Source: an uncultured Spirochaetales bacterium (GTDB lineage Bacteria; Spirochaetota; Spirochaetia; DAHUYW01). Taken from it: a DNA stretch of 64,000 nt. A program made the translations under genes and the position numbers. The notes under the pieces are model-generated. The model saw only the letters and a program-made list of their open reading frames with translations. It made no database searches and was not told the origin of the DNA. The stretch's first letter is position 1; each line of letters begins with the position of its first letter. The stretch lies in NCBI GenBank assembly GCA_964506755.1, contig CAZDMH010000006.1, positions 31,521 to 95,520 on the forward strand. Direction: 5' to 3'. Positions 17,510-27,239 of the stretch are shown piece by piece.

Positions 17510-19711
17510 TCACTCCTCCTCGACAAAGAGAATGTCGGTGCGAGGGTTGATCTGCTCGGCCGCGCGTGCATCGCCGGCGCCCGAACCGGCGAGGAAGGCG
17601 AAACGCTGCGCCTCCTCCGGGTCGAGCTCGGCCGCCTGCGCGTAGAGGGAGGCGGCCGAGTCATAGCGGTCGAGAAGGTAGCTCGCGCGTGACATGTTGA
17701 GTAGAACCTTGGCCGCTATGGAGGTTGCCCCCTTGCCCGAACGCCTCAACAGAGCCAGCGTACGCTCGAAACGCGCGAGGGCCTCTGAGTATTGCTCACG
17801 GAGATAGAGGAGATTACCGAGATTAATCTGCGGGCTGAGATAGGACGGATCGATCTGCAGCGCCCTGCGAAACGACTGCTCCGCCGGTTCGAGGCGGTGC
17901 AACTGCGCATACCGGATACCGAGCCGATTGAAGTCCTCTTTTCGTCCACGTTCTCGCGTCACGGACACGAGATCCTGCACCATCAAATCGGCAAGCTTAC
18001 CGAGGTCCCGCTTGAACTCCCGCTGGATCGCCTCTCTGTCGCCGTACTGCAGTCCGAGGTCCGTCTCCTTCAATCCGACCGGTCGGTAAATCTCCTGGGA
18101 TTTCTGGGTAACGTAGAACGATCGCTTCTCCGGCCTCTCGTCGTAGAGGCTCCACTCTTCCATACCTTTGCGCCACGCGCTGAGAAAGTCGGCTTGGCCA
18201 ACCATCGTGATCTCGACCGGCACCCAGAGCTCGCCTTCGACTGCAATGGTCATCCGACGGTCCGGATGGACGAGTTGATATCTGCCGGCCGGCACCTTCG
18301 TGTTGAAAGCCGCATAGATGTGGCCGGGTACCGTGATGAACGCACTCTGAACTCCCGCAGCTTCGAGGAGGCTGCAGTAGACAACCGTCAGATCGTCGCA
18401 GTCGCCCGTTATGCGTTTGAGGGTGTCGCGTGGCAGACTGATGGAGTCGACGACGAGCGGATCTCCTTGGGCTTTCGTAAACGGCAACGCGGGATCGGCT
18501 TGGTAGAGACAGCCAATCTCGCCGAGAGCCGCAAAGAGCTGCATCCCGTACTGGATGGAGTCGTTGAATGATGGGATCGTCGCCTCCTTGCAGCTCTGGC
18601 GGATGAAGCTTGCGTAGTTTCGTAGCGCGCTGTCCGAGGGGGTAATGAACGCCGCGACCTTCCGGTCGTCATCCCAGGTTACCGCCGTCTTGTCATGGAG
18701 GTCATAGGATACCGACTGGCGCTGTTCAGCGGCCCGTCCCCTCACCTTGTAGGCGGCGATGATCTCCCCGGTAAGCGGCGTGACGCCCTCCGTGGTGAAT
18801 ACTTCGGAGTTGAAGGAGGCGAGAAGCGGTACCTTCACGCTCTCTCCCCCCCGAAGCTCGGGGATCGTCGCCGCGTGCGTGGGAGAATCCATATAGCCGG
18901 CTTGGTGAAACGATACCTCGAGGTCGGTCACGACATCCTTTTCGGTGTTGGTGATCGTCACCTCTCCAAGCGGGTGTTTGACGTAGTAGGATTGCATCGC
19001 CGCGAAAGCAGGGGGGATGCCGGCATCGGAGAAGCGCAGAGCGCGGATGATTGTCTGAGGCGCGTCTGGATCCTGGCCGAAGCGATAGTGAATGGAAAAG
19101 CCGACGCCAAGCAGCAGACCGTCGAAATCCGACAGTGGACCGAAGGATTTCAGATACTTGATGCTTGGGTGGACGTCGACGCTGAAATTGAAGGACGGAT
19201 CGAGCGATATCCTACCGCCCCCTTCGAGATAGAGATTCCCGTATCCGACGGTGCCGACCTCCGGAAGCAGGGAAGGAAAGTAGGACTCGGCGAATCCCCC
19301 CAGCACCTCTGCGCCGACCTCAAAGGTCTTCGCGAATCGGTGGGAAAACGAGATGCCCAATGCAGCGAACCAATTGCTGTGGGACCATTTGGCGGGCTCG
19401 CTGAGATCGCGGCTGTCGAACTGCATCATACCGGCCTTGAAGGTCGGCTGCACCACAGGAAGTGGGGGGATTGGCCAGCGGAGGAGCCCGGAAATCTGGT
19501 ATGCGTTGAAGGTGGCCCCGTAGGTACCGAAGGGAGAGAGCGATTCGTACTCGGCACTCAACGAGAACGGAAATCGATAGTAGGAATTGAGGTTGGAGGA
19601 GACGGAGCCCGTCCCGGGTTGGGATTGAGAATAGAGTGGCGCTGAAAGGAGGAGAAGAAGTATGAGGAACAGCCACGTTCCGCGCCGACCACCGGAATGA
19701 TGCATGATCAT
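17510..19711 (-). CDS. exported beta-rich N-domain / transglutaminase-like core / TPR protein (paralogous module to 11475-14690)
   Basis: The ATG at 19709-19711 has an AGGAGG RBS at 19718-19723. The signal peptide is MIMHHSGGRRGTWLFLILLLLLSAPLYSQ. The N-terminal ~250 aa are amphipathic beta-strand-rich (possibly barrel-like). The core reads GDCDDLTVVYCSLLEAAGV...VPGHIY...WVPVEIT, and TPR sits at the C-terminus. The ORF extends to 19753. Confidence 0.75.
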   Translation of the reverse strand: MIMHHSGGRRGTWLFLILLLLLSAPLYSQSQPGTGSVSSNLNSYYRFPFSLSAEYESLSPFGTYGATFNAYQISGLLRWPIPPLPVVQPTFKAGMMQFDSRDLSEPAKWSHSNWFAALGISFSHRFAKTFEVGAEVLGGFAESYFPSLLPEVGTVGYGNLYLEGGGRISLDPSFNFSVDVHPSIKYLKSFGPLSDFDGLLLGVGFSIHYRFGQDPDAPQTIIRALRFSDAGIPPAFAAMQSYYVKHPLGEVTITNTEKDVVTDLEVSFHQAGYMDSPTHAATIPELRGGESVKVPLLASFNSEVFTTEGVTPLTGEIIAAYKVRGRAAEQRQSVSYDLHDKTAVTWDDDRKVAAFITPSDSALRNYASFIRQSCKEATIPSFNDSIQYGMQLFAALGEIGCLYQADPALPFTKAQGDPLVVDSISLPRDTLKRITGDCDDLTVVYCSLLEAAGVQSAFITVPGHIYAAFNTKVPAGRYQLVHPDRRMTIAVEGELWVPVEITMVGQADFLSAWRKGMEEWSLYDERPEKRSFYVTQKSQEIYRPVGLKETDLGLQYGDREAIQREFKRDLGKLADLMVQDLVSVTRERGRKEDFNRLGIRYAQLHRLEPAEQSFRRALQIDPSYLSPQINLGNLLYLREQYSEALARFERTLALLRRSGKGATSIAAKVLLNMSRASYLLDRYDSAASLYAQAAELDPEEAQRFAFLAGSGAGDARAAEQINPRTDILFVEEE

Positions 19712-19989
19712 CGCAGCACCTCCTGGCTCGAGATTATTGTCTATGCGCTTCACTCCACCGTGGGGTGGATGTCGCGGTCAGTTAATCCCTGTTCGGTGCA
19801 GACATGATAAGTAGGGCCGGCTGACTCAATTGTATCCCGCCGACGGTCAGCTCGCAACCTGAAATTGCGCACGACCCAAACTCAGCTGCCGCGAGGGTGG
19901 GAAATCGAGACCGGGCAGAGCCCGTGCCGCGACAAATTTGTGGCAAAAAACCGACAATACGGGTACACTAATAGTGAAAAGGGGGGAGC

Positions 19990-21864
19990 ATGAAACAGCT
20001 TCATCAGCTCACCAGCGGACGCCGGTCGAGAACCGTGCGACGCTTGCTTCAAGTCGGTGGACTCTCGGCCCTTGCCGTTGTGGTTGCGATCCTGCTGGCT
20101 GCGTGCGGCGGCTCGAAGACGGAAATGAGCGCCGACCAAATAGCGTTCCAAAAGAAGATTGCTGAGAACAGCCTCCTGGCGAAGACTGTCAGGAAACCGG
20201 GCGGCGGAAAATACGAGAAAGGCGTTGTCGGCGGAACTTGGATGACCAGCATCAACAACGACCCGAAGAGCTTCAATACCCTTACGGCTCGCGACGCCGA
20301 CACGGGATCGGTTGTCGCCGGCCTCTACGACTACCTTCTCGACTACGATCCCTACACCAAGGAATGGAAGCCGAACCTTGCCTCTTACGAGGTGAAGACG
20401 GACGAACAAGCGGGGACGATGGACGTGATTTTCACGCTCCGTGACGACCTCTATTGGACGACCCTGGCCGACCCGGGCAAAAAGGTGAAGGTGACCTCCG
20501 ACGACGTCGTCTATTGGTACAACGAGATCGACGGCGACAAGGAGCTACAGCTGCCCGGCTATGCAGGACAGTTCATCGATATGCCCGACGGCACGAAGAA
20601 ACGAATCGAAATACAGAAGATCGATGACCGCAGTTTCGTAATGAAGTATCCACGGATCATTGCGATGCCCGAGCTCTCGAGCAACATGACCTTCGGCCCG
20701 AAGTATATCTTCGAGCCCGTTAAGAAAGCGAAGGGAGCGGAGGGGGTGCTCACCCTCTGGTCTATCGACACCGATCCCAGGACCATCCCTTCGATCGGCG
20801 AGTACTACATCGCATCCTACCGACCGGGGATCAGCGTCACCCTCCAACGGAATCCGAACTACTGGAAGAAGGACGACTACGGCCAGACACTGCCCTACAT
20901 CCAGACAGTAGAAATGAAGGTAATACCGAATCGCGAAACCGAGAAGCTGAAGTTCCTTGCCGGGGATATCGACGGTTACAGCCTCCGTCCCGAGGATCTC
21001 AAGGAGATGGTCGAGAAGAGCCCGCGTGACTACACGGTCTACTACTCGGGCCCGAGCCTTGGCGCGGCGTTCATCTCGTGGAACGAGAACCCTGCCAATC
21101 TCGCCCCGAAGTACGTCAAGTGGTTCTCGAACACGAAGTTCCGCCAGGCAATGAGCTGTTTCTTCAACAGGGACCGCATTGTGAAGGAGGTCTACCGGGG
21201 GCTCGCCGAGCCGGCCATCTACATGTTCGCCCGACCGAATCCCTACTTCGACCCGAACATAAAGGAGCAGTATCTCTACGATCCTGCGCGCGGGAAGAGG
21301 CTCCTTGCCGAGATCGGCATCAAACCGAACAAAGACGGCCTGATGCAGGATTCCGACGGCAATCTCATCGAGTACGATATGATCATGGGCGTGGAGAACA
21401 ACATAGGGATCGACATCGCGAACATCTACGCAGACGACCTCAAGAAGGTCGGAATCACGCTTCACGTGAAGCCGGTGAACTTCCAGAAGCTCGTCGACAG
21501 CATAATCAATACTTATGACTGGCAGTCGGTAATGGTCGCGTTGGGTTCGAACTACTGGCCGATACAGGGGTCAAACGTCTGGCAGTCGAGCGGCAACTTT
21601 CACATTTGGCACCCGCTTCAGGAGAAGCCGGCGACCACCTGGGAGGCAAAGATCGACGAGCTGTATCAGAAAGGGTACGTTACGCGCGATCACACGGCAG
21701 CGAAGAAGATCTGGGATGAATATCAGCAATTGATTCTCGATCAGCTCCCATTGATGTACATGGTCTACGCCGACGGTTTCTCCGCCTATCGGGACAAGTG
21801 GGCGAACCTTCGTGTCGACAACCTCAACTCGCCGGACCTTCGGTACGTTTATCTGCCGAAATAG
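19990..21864 (+). CDS. ABC transporter substrate-binding lipoprotein, family 5 (peptide/nickel type)
   Basis: 624 aa with lipobox LAACGGS and a GGGGAG RBS. Typical SBP_bac_5 fold blocks are present. It is followed by cognate permeases and ATPases. Confidence 0.9.
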   Translation: MKQLHQLTSGRRSRTVRRLLQVGGLSALAVVVAILLAACGGSKTEMSADQIAFQKKIAENSLLAKTVRKPGGGKYEKGVVGGTWMTSINNDPKSFNTLTARDADTGSVVAGLYDYLLDYDPYTKEWKPNLASYEVKTDEQAGTMDVIFTLRDDLYWTTLADPGKKVKVTSDDVVYWYNEIDGDKELQLPGYAGQFIDMPDGTKKRIEIQKIDDRSFVMKYPRIIAMPELSSNMTFGPKYIFEPVKKAKGAEGVLTLWSIDTDPRTIPSIGEYYIASYRPGISVTLQRNPNYWKKDDYGQTLPYIQTVEMKVIPNRETEKLKFLAGDIDGYSLRPEDLKEMVEKSPRDYTVYYSGPSLGAAFISWNENPANLAPKYVKWFSNTKFRQAMSCFFNRDRIVKEVYRGLAEPAIYMFARPNPYFDPNIKEQYLYDPARGKRLLAEIGIKPNKDGLMQDSDGNLIEYDMIMGVENNIGIDIANIYADDLKKVGITLHVKPVNFQKLVDSIINTYDWQSVMVALGSNYWPIQGSNVWQSSGNFHIWHPLQEKPATTWEAKIDELYQKGYVTRDHTAAKKIWDEYQQLILDQLPLMYMVYADGFSAYRDKWANLRVDNLNSPDLRYVYLPK

Positions 21865-21886
21865 GGTCGCGACAACGGCAGGGTAG

Positions 21887-22972
21887 ATGGCACAACTTCG
21901 GCTGAAGCTCGGGGCCTGGGAGCGGGCAGGCGATCGCCTCGCACGGATTCGCGAACGCCACCCGCTTTCCACGTTTCTCGCCGGGCGTACGGTAACAATG
22001 CTCGTCATGCTGTTCTTTCTCGGACTGGGCGTCTTTGGCCTCATGACTCTCGCCCCCGGGGACATCGTGGACAACTACGTTCGCAGTCAGATGTTCACAA
22101 TGAACAACTACCGCACTGCCGACAACACCATCACGCAGGAGCAGATCCAGCAAGAGAAGCACCGTCTCGGCCTCGACCTGCCGTTCTACGATCAGTATTT
22201 CCGGTGGCTCTATCAGGTGTTCGTGAAACACGATCTCGGGCGTTCCCTTATTTCGAGGGCACCTGTTCTCTTTCTCGTTTCGACGCGGATGATGAACTCA
22301 ATCATCCTCAATCTCATCTCCCTCGTCTTTCTCACCACGATCTCGTTCGCGCTCGGCATCTTTTTCTCATCAAAAGCCGGAACGCGAATCGACCCTGTCG
22401 TTGCCTTCGTGAGTCTCTTTCTCAATGCGTTCCCCGGTATCCTCATGCTTCTGCTTCTGCAGATATTCGCAGCATCCACCGGTTGGTTCCCCGTGACTGC
22501 CTATCCAACCGAGAACTTCACGGGACGTCCCTTCGGGTTCGCCTTCTCCTATCTCTATCACATCACCTTGCCGCTCATCGGTGCGTTCCTCGGGGGAATC
22601 GGGGGCTCGCTGCGACTTATCCGAGCAACAATGCTTGATCAGCTCGGTCAGCCCTACATAACAGCACTCCGCTCGCGCGGAATCGGGGAACCGAGAATCT
22701 ACTTCAACCACGCCTTTCGCAACACGATGAACCCCTTCATCACGAGCTCATCGAATCTCCTCGCGAGCCTTTTTTCCGGGTCGCTCATCCTGGAGATCAT
22801 CTTCTCCTATCCGGGGATCGGACGGCTCATGTACGAGGCGGTTCTGCAGAAGGACATCAATCTGGTCATGACGAATGTCATGTTCATCAGTTTCCTCATT
22901 CTCATCGGCATGCTTATCTCGGATATCGCGCTCGCCCTCGTCGATCCGAGGATACGGTACTCGGCGGCATGA
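21887..22972 (+). CDS. ABC transporter permease (DppB/OppB-like)
   Basis: BPD_transp_1 signature region with an N-terminal ...LAPGDIVDNYV... block typical of OppB/DppB. The true start is probably downstream of 21887. Confidence 0.85.
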   Translation: MAQLRLKLGAWERAGDRLARIRERHPLSTFLAGRTVTMLVMLFFLGLGVFGLMTLAPGDIVDNYVRSQMFTMNNYRTADNTITQEQIQQEKHRLGLDLPFYDQYFRWLYQVFVKHDLGRSLISRAPVLFLVSTRMMNSIILNLISLVFLTTISFALGIFFSSKAGTRIDPVVAFVSLFLNAFPGILMLLLLQIFAASTGWFPVTAYPTENFTGRPFGFAFSYLYHITLPLIGAFLGGIGGSLRLIRATMLDQLGQPYITALRSRGIGEPRIYFNHAFRNTMNPFITSSSNLLASLFSGSLILEIIFSYPGIGRLMYEAVLQKDINLVMTNVMFISFLILIGMLISDIALALVDPRIRYSAA

Positions 22973-24051
22973 AACGGTTTTGGACCATCCTCAAGCACAG
23001 GCCGATCGCCTTCGCCGCGCTGGTCGTACTGATCATCCTCTATACCGGCATGGTCTTCTGCGAGTTTCTCGCTCCCTACGGTCGAAACGAGCTCTTCGCG
23101 CAGCACTCGAACGAGCCTCCCAACCTCATCTGGTACTCTTCGGAGCTTGGGTTCCGGCCTCAGGTCCAGCGCATGGTGCTGATCAACGACATAACGCGGG
23201 AGTACGTTCGGGTCAAGGGCGAGTACACTGCAGTCCGTTTCTTCACGAGGGGACCCGAGGTTCGGATGTGGGGTCTCGTTTCGATCAAGACGCACCTCTT
23301 CGGGACAGCCTCCTACGGTGGGGGGGAAGAGAAGTTTCAACCGGTATTTCTTTTCGGAGCGGACAACCTTGGACGCGACGTCTTCAGCCGGATTCTCTAC
23401 GGTTCTCGAATTTCCCTGACCATCGGGTTCGTCGGGGTGGCGATCTCCCTCACGCTTGCCCTCCTTTTCGGGGGGCTCGCCGGATACTTCGGAGGTATTT
23501 GGGACTGGATCATCATGCGGCTGTGCGAGTTCATCATCCTTGTCCCGGGGCTCTATCTCATCCTGTTTCTGCGTTCGATTCTCAGCACGAACCTCGATTC
23601 CGGTCAGACCTACGCCCTCATTACGGTTATTCTCTCCTTCGTCGGATGGCCGGGAACGGCGCGGATGATTCGCGGGATGGTACACGCGATCAAGCGCAAC
23701 GACTTCGTGGCGAACGCCGAGCTCGAATCGATGCCTTCTCTCGTGATAATTTTTCGCCACATCGTGCCGCAGATGTCGTCCATCCTCGTGGTGAGCGTCA
23801 CTCTAGGAGTACCCGGGTTCATTCTCGGCGAAACCATTCTATCCTATCTCGGACTCGGAATCGTGGACCCGGCAGTCAGCTGGGGCAGCATGATCAGCCG
23901 GGATGCCACCTCAATCTCCAACCTCGTCTCGTTTCCCTGGCTTCTCATCCCCGGGCTTTTTCTGCTGCTCGTCACACTGTCGTTCAATTTCCTCGGAGAG
24001 CTCCTGCGCGACGCCCTCGACCCCCATTGGAAGGAGCGACAGGGTGGGTGA
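22969..24051 (+). CDS. ABC transporter permease (DppC/OppC-like)
   Basis: 360 aa with 6 TM segments and the EAA-like loop. Its start overlaps the previous gene's stop (ATGA). Confidence 0.85.
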   Translation: MKRFWTILKHRPIAFAALVVLIILYTGMVFCEFLAPYGRNELFAQHSNEPPNLIWYSSELGFRPQVQRMVLINDITREYVRVKGEYTAVRFFTRGPEVRMWGLVSIKTHLFGTASYGGGEEKFQPVFLFGADNLGRDVFSRILYGSRISLTIGFVGVAISLTLALLFGGLAGYFGGIWDWIIMRLCEFIILVPGLYLILFLRSILSTNLDSGQTYALITVILSFVGWPGTARMIRGMVHAIKRNDFVANAELESMPSLVIIFRHIVPQMSSILVVSVTLGVPGFILGETILSYLGLGIVDPAVSWGSMISRDATSISNLVSFPWLLIPGLFLLLVTLSFNFLGELLRDALDPHWKERQGG

Positions 24052-25081
24052 GCGAGGGGCGACGGCGCTTTCCGTACACGGGCTTACGGTGAGCTTCCGG
24101 ACCGGGGAGGGCCTGCTTCAAGCTGTTCGCGGCCTGGACTACTCGGTGGCCAGAGGCCAGTGTCTCGGAATCGTCGGAGAGTCGGGATCGGGCAAGAGCG
24201 TTTGCGCGACGGCCGCGCTCGGACTGCTCGACAAGAGCGCCGATGTACGCGGCAGCATCGAGATCGACGGCCGATTGCTCTCCGAGTTGACAGACGAACA
24301 GAAACGTCTCCTGCGTGGAAGAGCGATCTCGATAATCTTTCAGGAGCCAAGTCGTTCGTTCGATCCGATCTACAGCATTGGCAAGACCTTCGAGGAGACT
24401 ATTCGAGCGAAGGAGGCAAGTGTCAGTGCAGCTGAATGCCGTTCGCGAGCAGTAAAGCTGCTCGGCGAGGTTCACATCCCGCGGGCCGAAGAGCGTCTCA
24501 AGAACTTCCCGCACCAGTTCTCCGGAGGAATGCTGCAGAGGATCATGATAGCGCTAGCGCTCGCCAACGATCCGGAGATTCTCGTCGCCGACGAGCCGAC
24601 AACCGCGCTCGATGTGACTATCCAAGCCCAGATCGTGGGACTGCTGCGCGAGCTTCAGGTGAAACGAGGTCTCTCACTCATCTTCATCTCGCACGACCTT
24701 CGCCTTGTCGCCCAGATTGCAGATAGAATCATGGTGATGTACGGCGGCCTCGTCCTCGAGTTGGGGGATGCCGAGGAGGTATTGCGTCATCCCAGAAGCC
24801 CTTACACGCGCGCCCTGCTCGATTCGGTTCCTGAATGGGGAAGCCATTATTCTGCCGGGAACCTGATCAGCATCGCGGGGGCGGTTCCGAATCCCGTACG
24901 GCCCGAACCCGGGTGTCCTTTCGCGCCGCGCTGCGGGCTCGTGCGGGACGAGTGCCGGGCCCGGCTCCCTGATCTTCTCGAGGCGCCGGGCGAGCCGGCG
25001 ATCGCTGCGGAGAGGGCAGGAGAGTCGCTTGTTCACGGCATGACCCTCTACCGTTGCGTGGTGCCCGGGGTGAAGCGGTGA
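24044..25081 (+). CDS. ABC transporter ATP-binding protein (OppD/DppD-like)
   Basis: GTG at 24044 with an AAGGAG RBS at 24031-24036. Walker A GESGSGKS, signature LSGGMLQR, Walker B ILVADEPTTALD, and a C-terminal oligopeptide-type extension. The ORF frame opens at 23903. Confidence 0.9.
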   Translation: MGERGATALSVHGLTVSFRTGEGLLQAVRGLDYSVARGQCLGIVGESGSGKSVCATAALGLLDKSADVRGSIEIDGRLLSELTDEQKRLLRGRAISIIFQEPSRSFDPIYSIGKTFEETIRAKEASVSAAECRSRAVKLLGEVHIPRAEERLKNFPHQFSGGMLQRIMIALALANDPEILVADEPTTALDVTIQAQIVGLLRELQVKRGLSLIFISHDLRLVAQIADRIMVMYGGLVLELGDAEEVLRHPRSPYTRALLDSVPEWGSHYSAGNLISIAGAVPNPVRPEPGCPFAPRCGLVRDECRARLPDLLEAPGEPAIAAERAGESLVHGMTLYRCVVPGVKR

Positions 25082-26088
25082 ATGCGATACTCGAGCTGCG
25101 CGAGGTATCGAAGATCTACAAGCTCGAAGCGGGGTTGTTCGCTGCAGCGGGTCGGCATGTGTGGGCAGTCAACGACGTCTCGCTCGACATAGAACGGGGT
25201 GAAACCTACGGGCTCGTGGGTGAATCGGGTTCCGGCAAGACCACCCTGGCTCGTACGATCGTCCAGCTCGTGCCACACACGGCCGGAACGATCGACTATT
25301 ATCCGGACCGCACAAGTCAGAGAGAGGGGTCGGCTGAGCGCTGGCGCATTTCACGTGGGGACAGCGAATCGCTCCGGATGTTTCGCTCGGAGGTGAAGTA
25401 CATCTTCCAGGACCCGTCCTCCTCACTCGATCCGCGCATGAGCATTGGCTCGATTCTGACTGCCGGAACACGCTACAGTCCGCGCTTCCCAGGGCGCTCG
25501 GAGGTCGAAGATAGGGTCCGGGAGGTGATTGCCGCAGTAGGTCTGCGCGAAGCGGATCTCGATCGCAGGCCGTCGGAGTTCTCCGGGGGGCAACGTCAAC
25601 GAATTTCACTTGCGCGTGCCTTGATCTACAGCCCCACTGTGCTTATCTGCGACGAAGTGGTGAGCGCTCTCGACGTTTCGATTCAGGGCCAAATACTCAA
25701 TCTGCTCGTGGAGCTCAAGCATCGGTTTGAGCTGACGATGATCTTCATCGCGCACGACCTCACGGTCGTTTCCTACATGGCCGATCGAATCGGCGTCATG
25801 TACGGCGGGAGTCTGATGGAAGAGGCTCCTTCGGCGAACCTCACGCAACGTCCGCTTCACCCCTACACCAGGCTCCTCTACGAATCGATACCCACCTGGA
25901 ATCGAAAACTGTCCGATCGAGTCGCCATTTCCGGGGCTGCATACGTTCCAACCGTGGAGCCTACCGGTTGTCCTTTCGTTGGTCGCTGCCCTCTTGCTCG
26001 GGAACGTTGCCGCGTCGAGATGCCGCTTTTGCGAGAGATCGCCGCCGGTCATAAAGTCGCCTGTCACTTCGTGGAATCTGACGCGTAG
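25078..26088 (+). CDS. ABC transporter ATP-binding protein (OppF/DppF-like)
   Basis: GTG at 25078 overlaps the previous stop (GTGA). An alternative start is the ATG at 25054. Walker A GESGSGKTT, signature FSGGQRQR, Walker B LICDEVVSALD. Confidence 0.9.
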   Translation: MNAILELREVSKIYKLEAGLFAAAGRHVWAVNDVSLDIERGETYGLVGESGSGKTTLARTIVQLVPHTAGTIDYYPDRTSQREGSAERWRISRGDSESLRMFRSEVKYIFQDPSSSLDPRMSIGSILTAGTRYSPRFPGRSEVEDRVREVIAAVGLREADLDRRPSEFSGGQRQRISLARALIYSPTVLICDEVVSALDVSIQGQILNLLVELKHRFELTMIFIAHDLTVVSYMADRIGVMYGGSLMEEAPSANLTQRPLHPYTRLLYESIPTWNRKLSDRVAISGAAYVPTVEPTGCPFVGRCPLARERCRVEMPLLREIAAGHKVACHFVESDA

Positions 26089-26139
26089 GATATGATATTC
26101 TGCCTCGGGCAGCCAACGAACTGACAGGAGAAGTAACCA

Positions 26140-27060
26140 GTGGATGCATACACCCAATTCCGCGGCATGATGCCGATCATGCCCACCGCGATTACCAGCG
26201 ACGGCGAAATTGACGGGGAAAGTCAGCGGCGTTTAGTGCGCTACTGCCTCGACAACGGTGCCGTAGCGGTGGGTCACTTCGGCTTTGCCTCGGAGTTCTT
26301 CAAGCTTTCGGCCCGCGACCGAACGCAGCTCATAGAAATCATCGTGGCCGAGGTCGCAGGGCGGGTACCGGTCTTCATCGGCGTAACGGCGCCCTCGGAT
26401 CGGATGGCCGAAGGGTACGCGAAAGAGGCCGAGGCGCTTGGAGCGGACTACATCATGGCCGCGCTTCCCTACGTACGAGTACCGCGCCGAGACGAGATTC
26501 GCGAGTTCTTCCGGCGGCTTTCCGGGGCCACGAGTCTCCCGATTATCATTCAGGACACCCCCCAGAGCTCGTCATTGCTCGACGTTTCTATGCTGACTTC
26601 ACTCTCCGAGGAGTTTCCATCAATCACTCACATCAAAGCGGAGGGGACGGATTTTCTCGAAAAGAGCGCAGAGCTTACGCGGCGGGCGGGATCTCGTGTG
26701 CAGGTAATCGGAGGGGCAGGCGGCAAGCACATGATTCACCTCCTGCGAATCGGTGTCACGGCGTTCATGACGGGTACAGAGGCGCTCGATCTTCACGGCG
26801 AGGCGGTGAAGGCGTACCTCGACGGCGACGAGAAGCGAGCCGCGAAGATCTACTTCGAACGAATTCTTCCCTATTTCGTCTTCTACAACGATCATCCCGA
26901 CGAGTTGCTCAAGTCGATGCTGCACGACCGCGGGATAGTTGAGGATCCTTCAGTCATTGCCCCGATGGGCGGTCAATCGCTGGGAGAAGTGGAGCGACGG
27001 GAGTTCCATTGGGTGCTCGAACGGATTGGTTGGAATCGACCGCGGATAGGGGAGGAGTGA
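26140..27060 (+). CDS. DapA/N-acetylneuraminate-lyase-family class I aldolase (paralog 1)
   Basis: 306 aa. The TIM-barrel Schiff-base aldolase family pattern is present (…GVTAPSD…AEGYAKEAEALGADYIMAALPY…). Confidence 0.8.
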   Translation: MDAYTQFRGMMPIMPTAITSDGEIDGESQRRLVRYCLDNGAVAVGHFGFASEFFKLSARDRTQLIEIIVAEVAGRVPVFIGVTAPSDRMAEGYAKEAEALGADYIMAALPYVRVPRRDEIREFFRRLSGATSLPIIIQDTPQSSSLLDVSMLTSLSEEFPSITHIKAEGTDFLEKSAELTRRAGSRVQVIGGAGGKHMIHLLRIGVTAFMTGTEALDLHGEAVKAYLDGDEKRAAKIYFERILPYFVFYNDHPDELLKSMLHDRGIVEDPSVIAPMGGQSLGEVERREFHWVLERIGWNRPRIGEE

Positions 27061-27239
27061 GAAAGCCGAAGCGTAATCGGGGTCCGGATGAGGGCGTGAG
27101 AGCTGAGCTCAATGGTTCGATAAGGAAGCCACAGGTGGACTTTTCTGCAACTTTTGTTTGACAGAATCAGGCGGAGGGAGTACAATTCCTGGCACGAACA
27201 CCTTTCGCAACGGCGAATCGTGTTCGTATTTGGGAAAAG

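Noticed and set aside
19754-19989. Possible divergent regulatory region or small RNA between the exported-protein operon and the peptide ABC operon
   Set aside because: There is a GGGGGGAG RBS and a weak TTGTGG/TACACT promoter-like pair, but no convincing hairpin or conserved motif. I could not support a specific element beyond a generic promoter region.
20545-21465. 306-aa minus-strand ORF
   Set aside because: It lies entirely antisense within the well-supported ABC substrate-binding protein gene. Its translation is low-complexity (R/D/V-rich), with no domain.
23903-24043. Upstream extension of the OppD-like ORF overlapping the permease gene by 150 nt
   Set aside because: The extension is S/P/C-rich with no homology. 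A GTG with an AAGGAG RBS at 24044 gives a canonical N-terminus for the ATPase.
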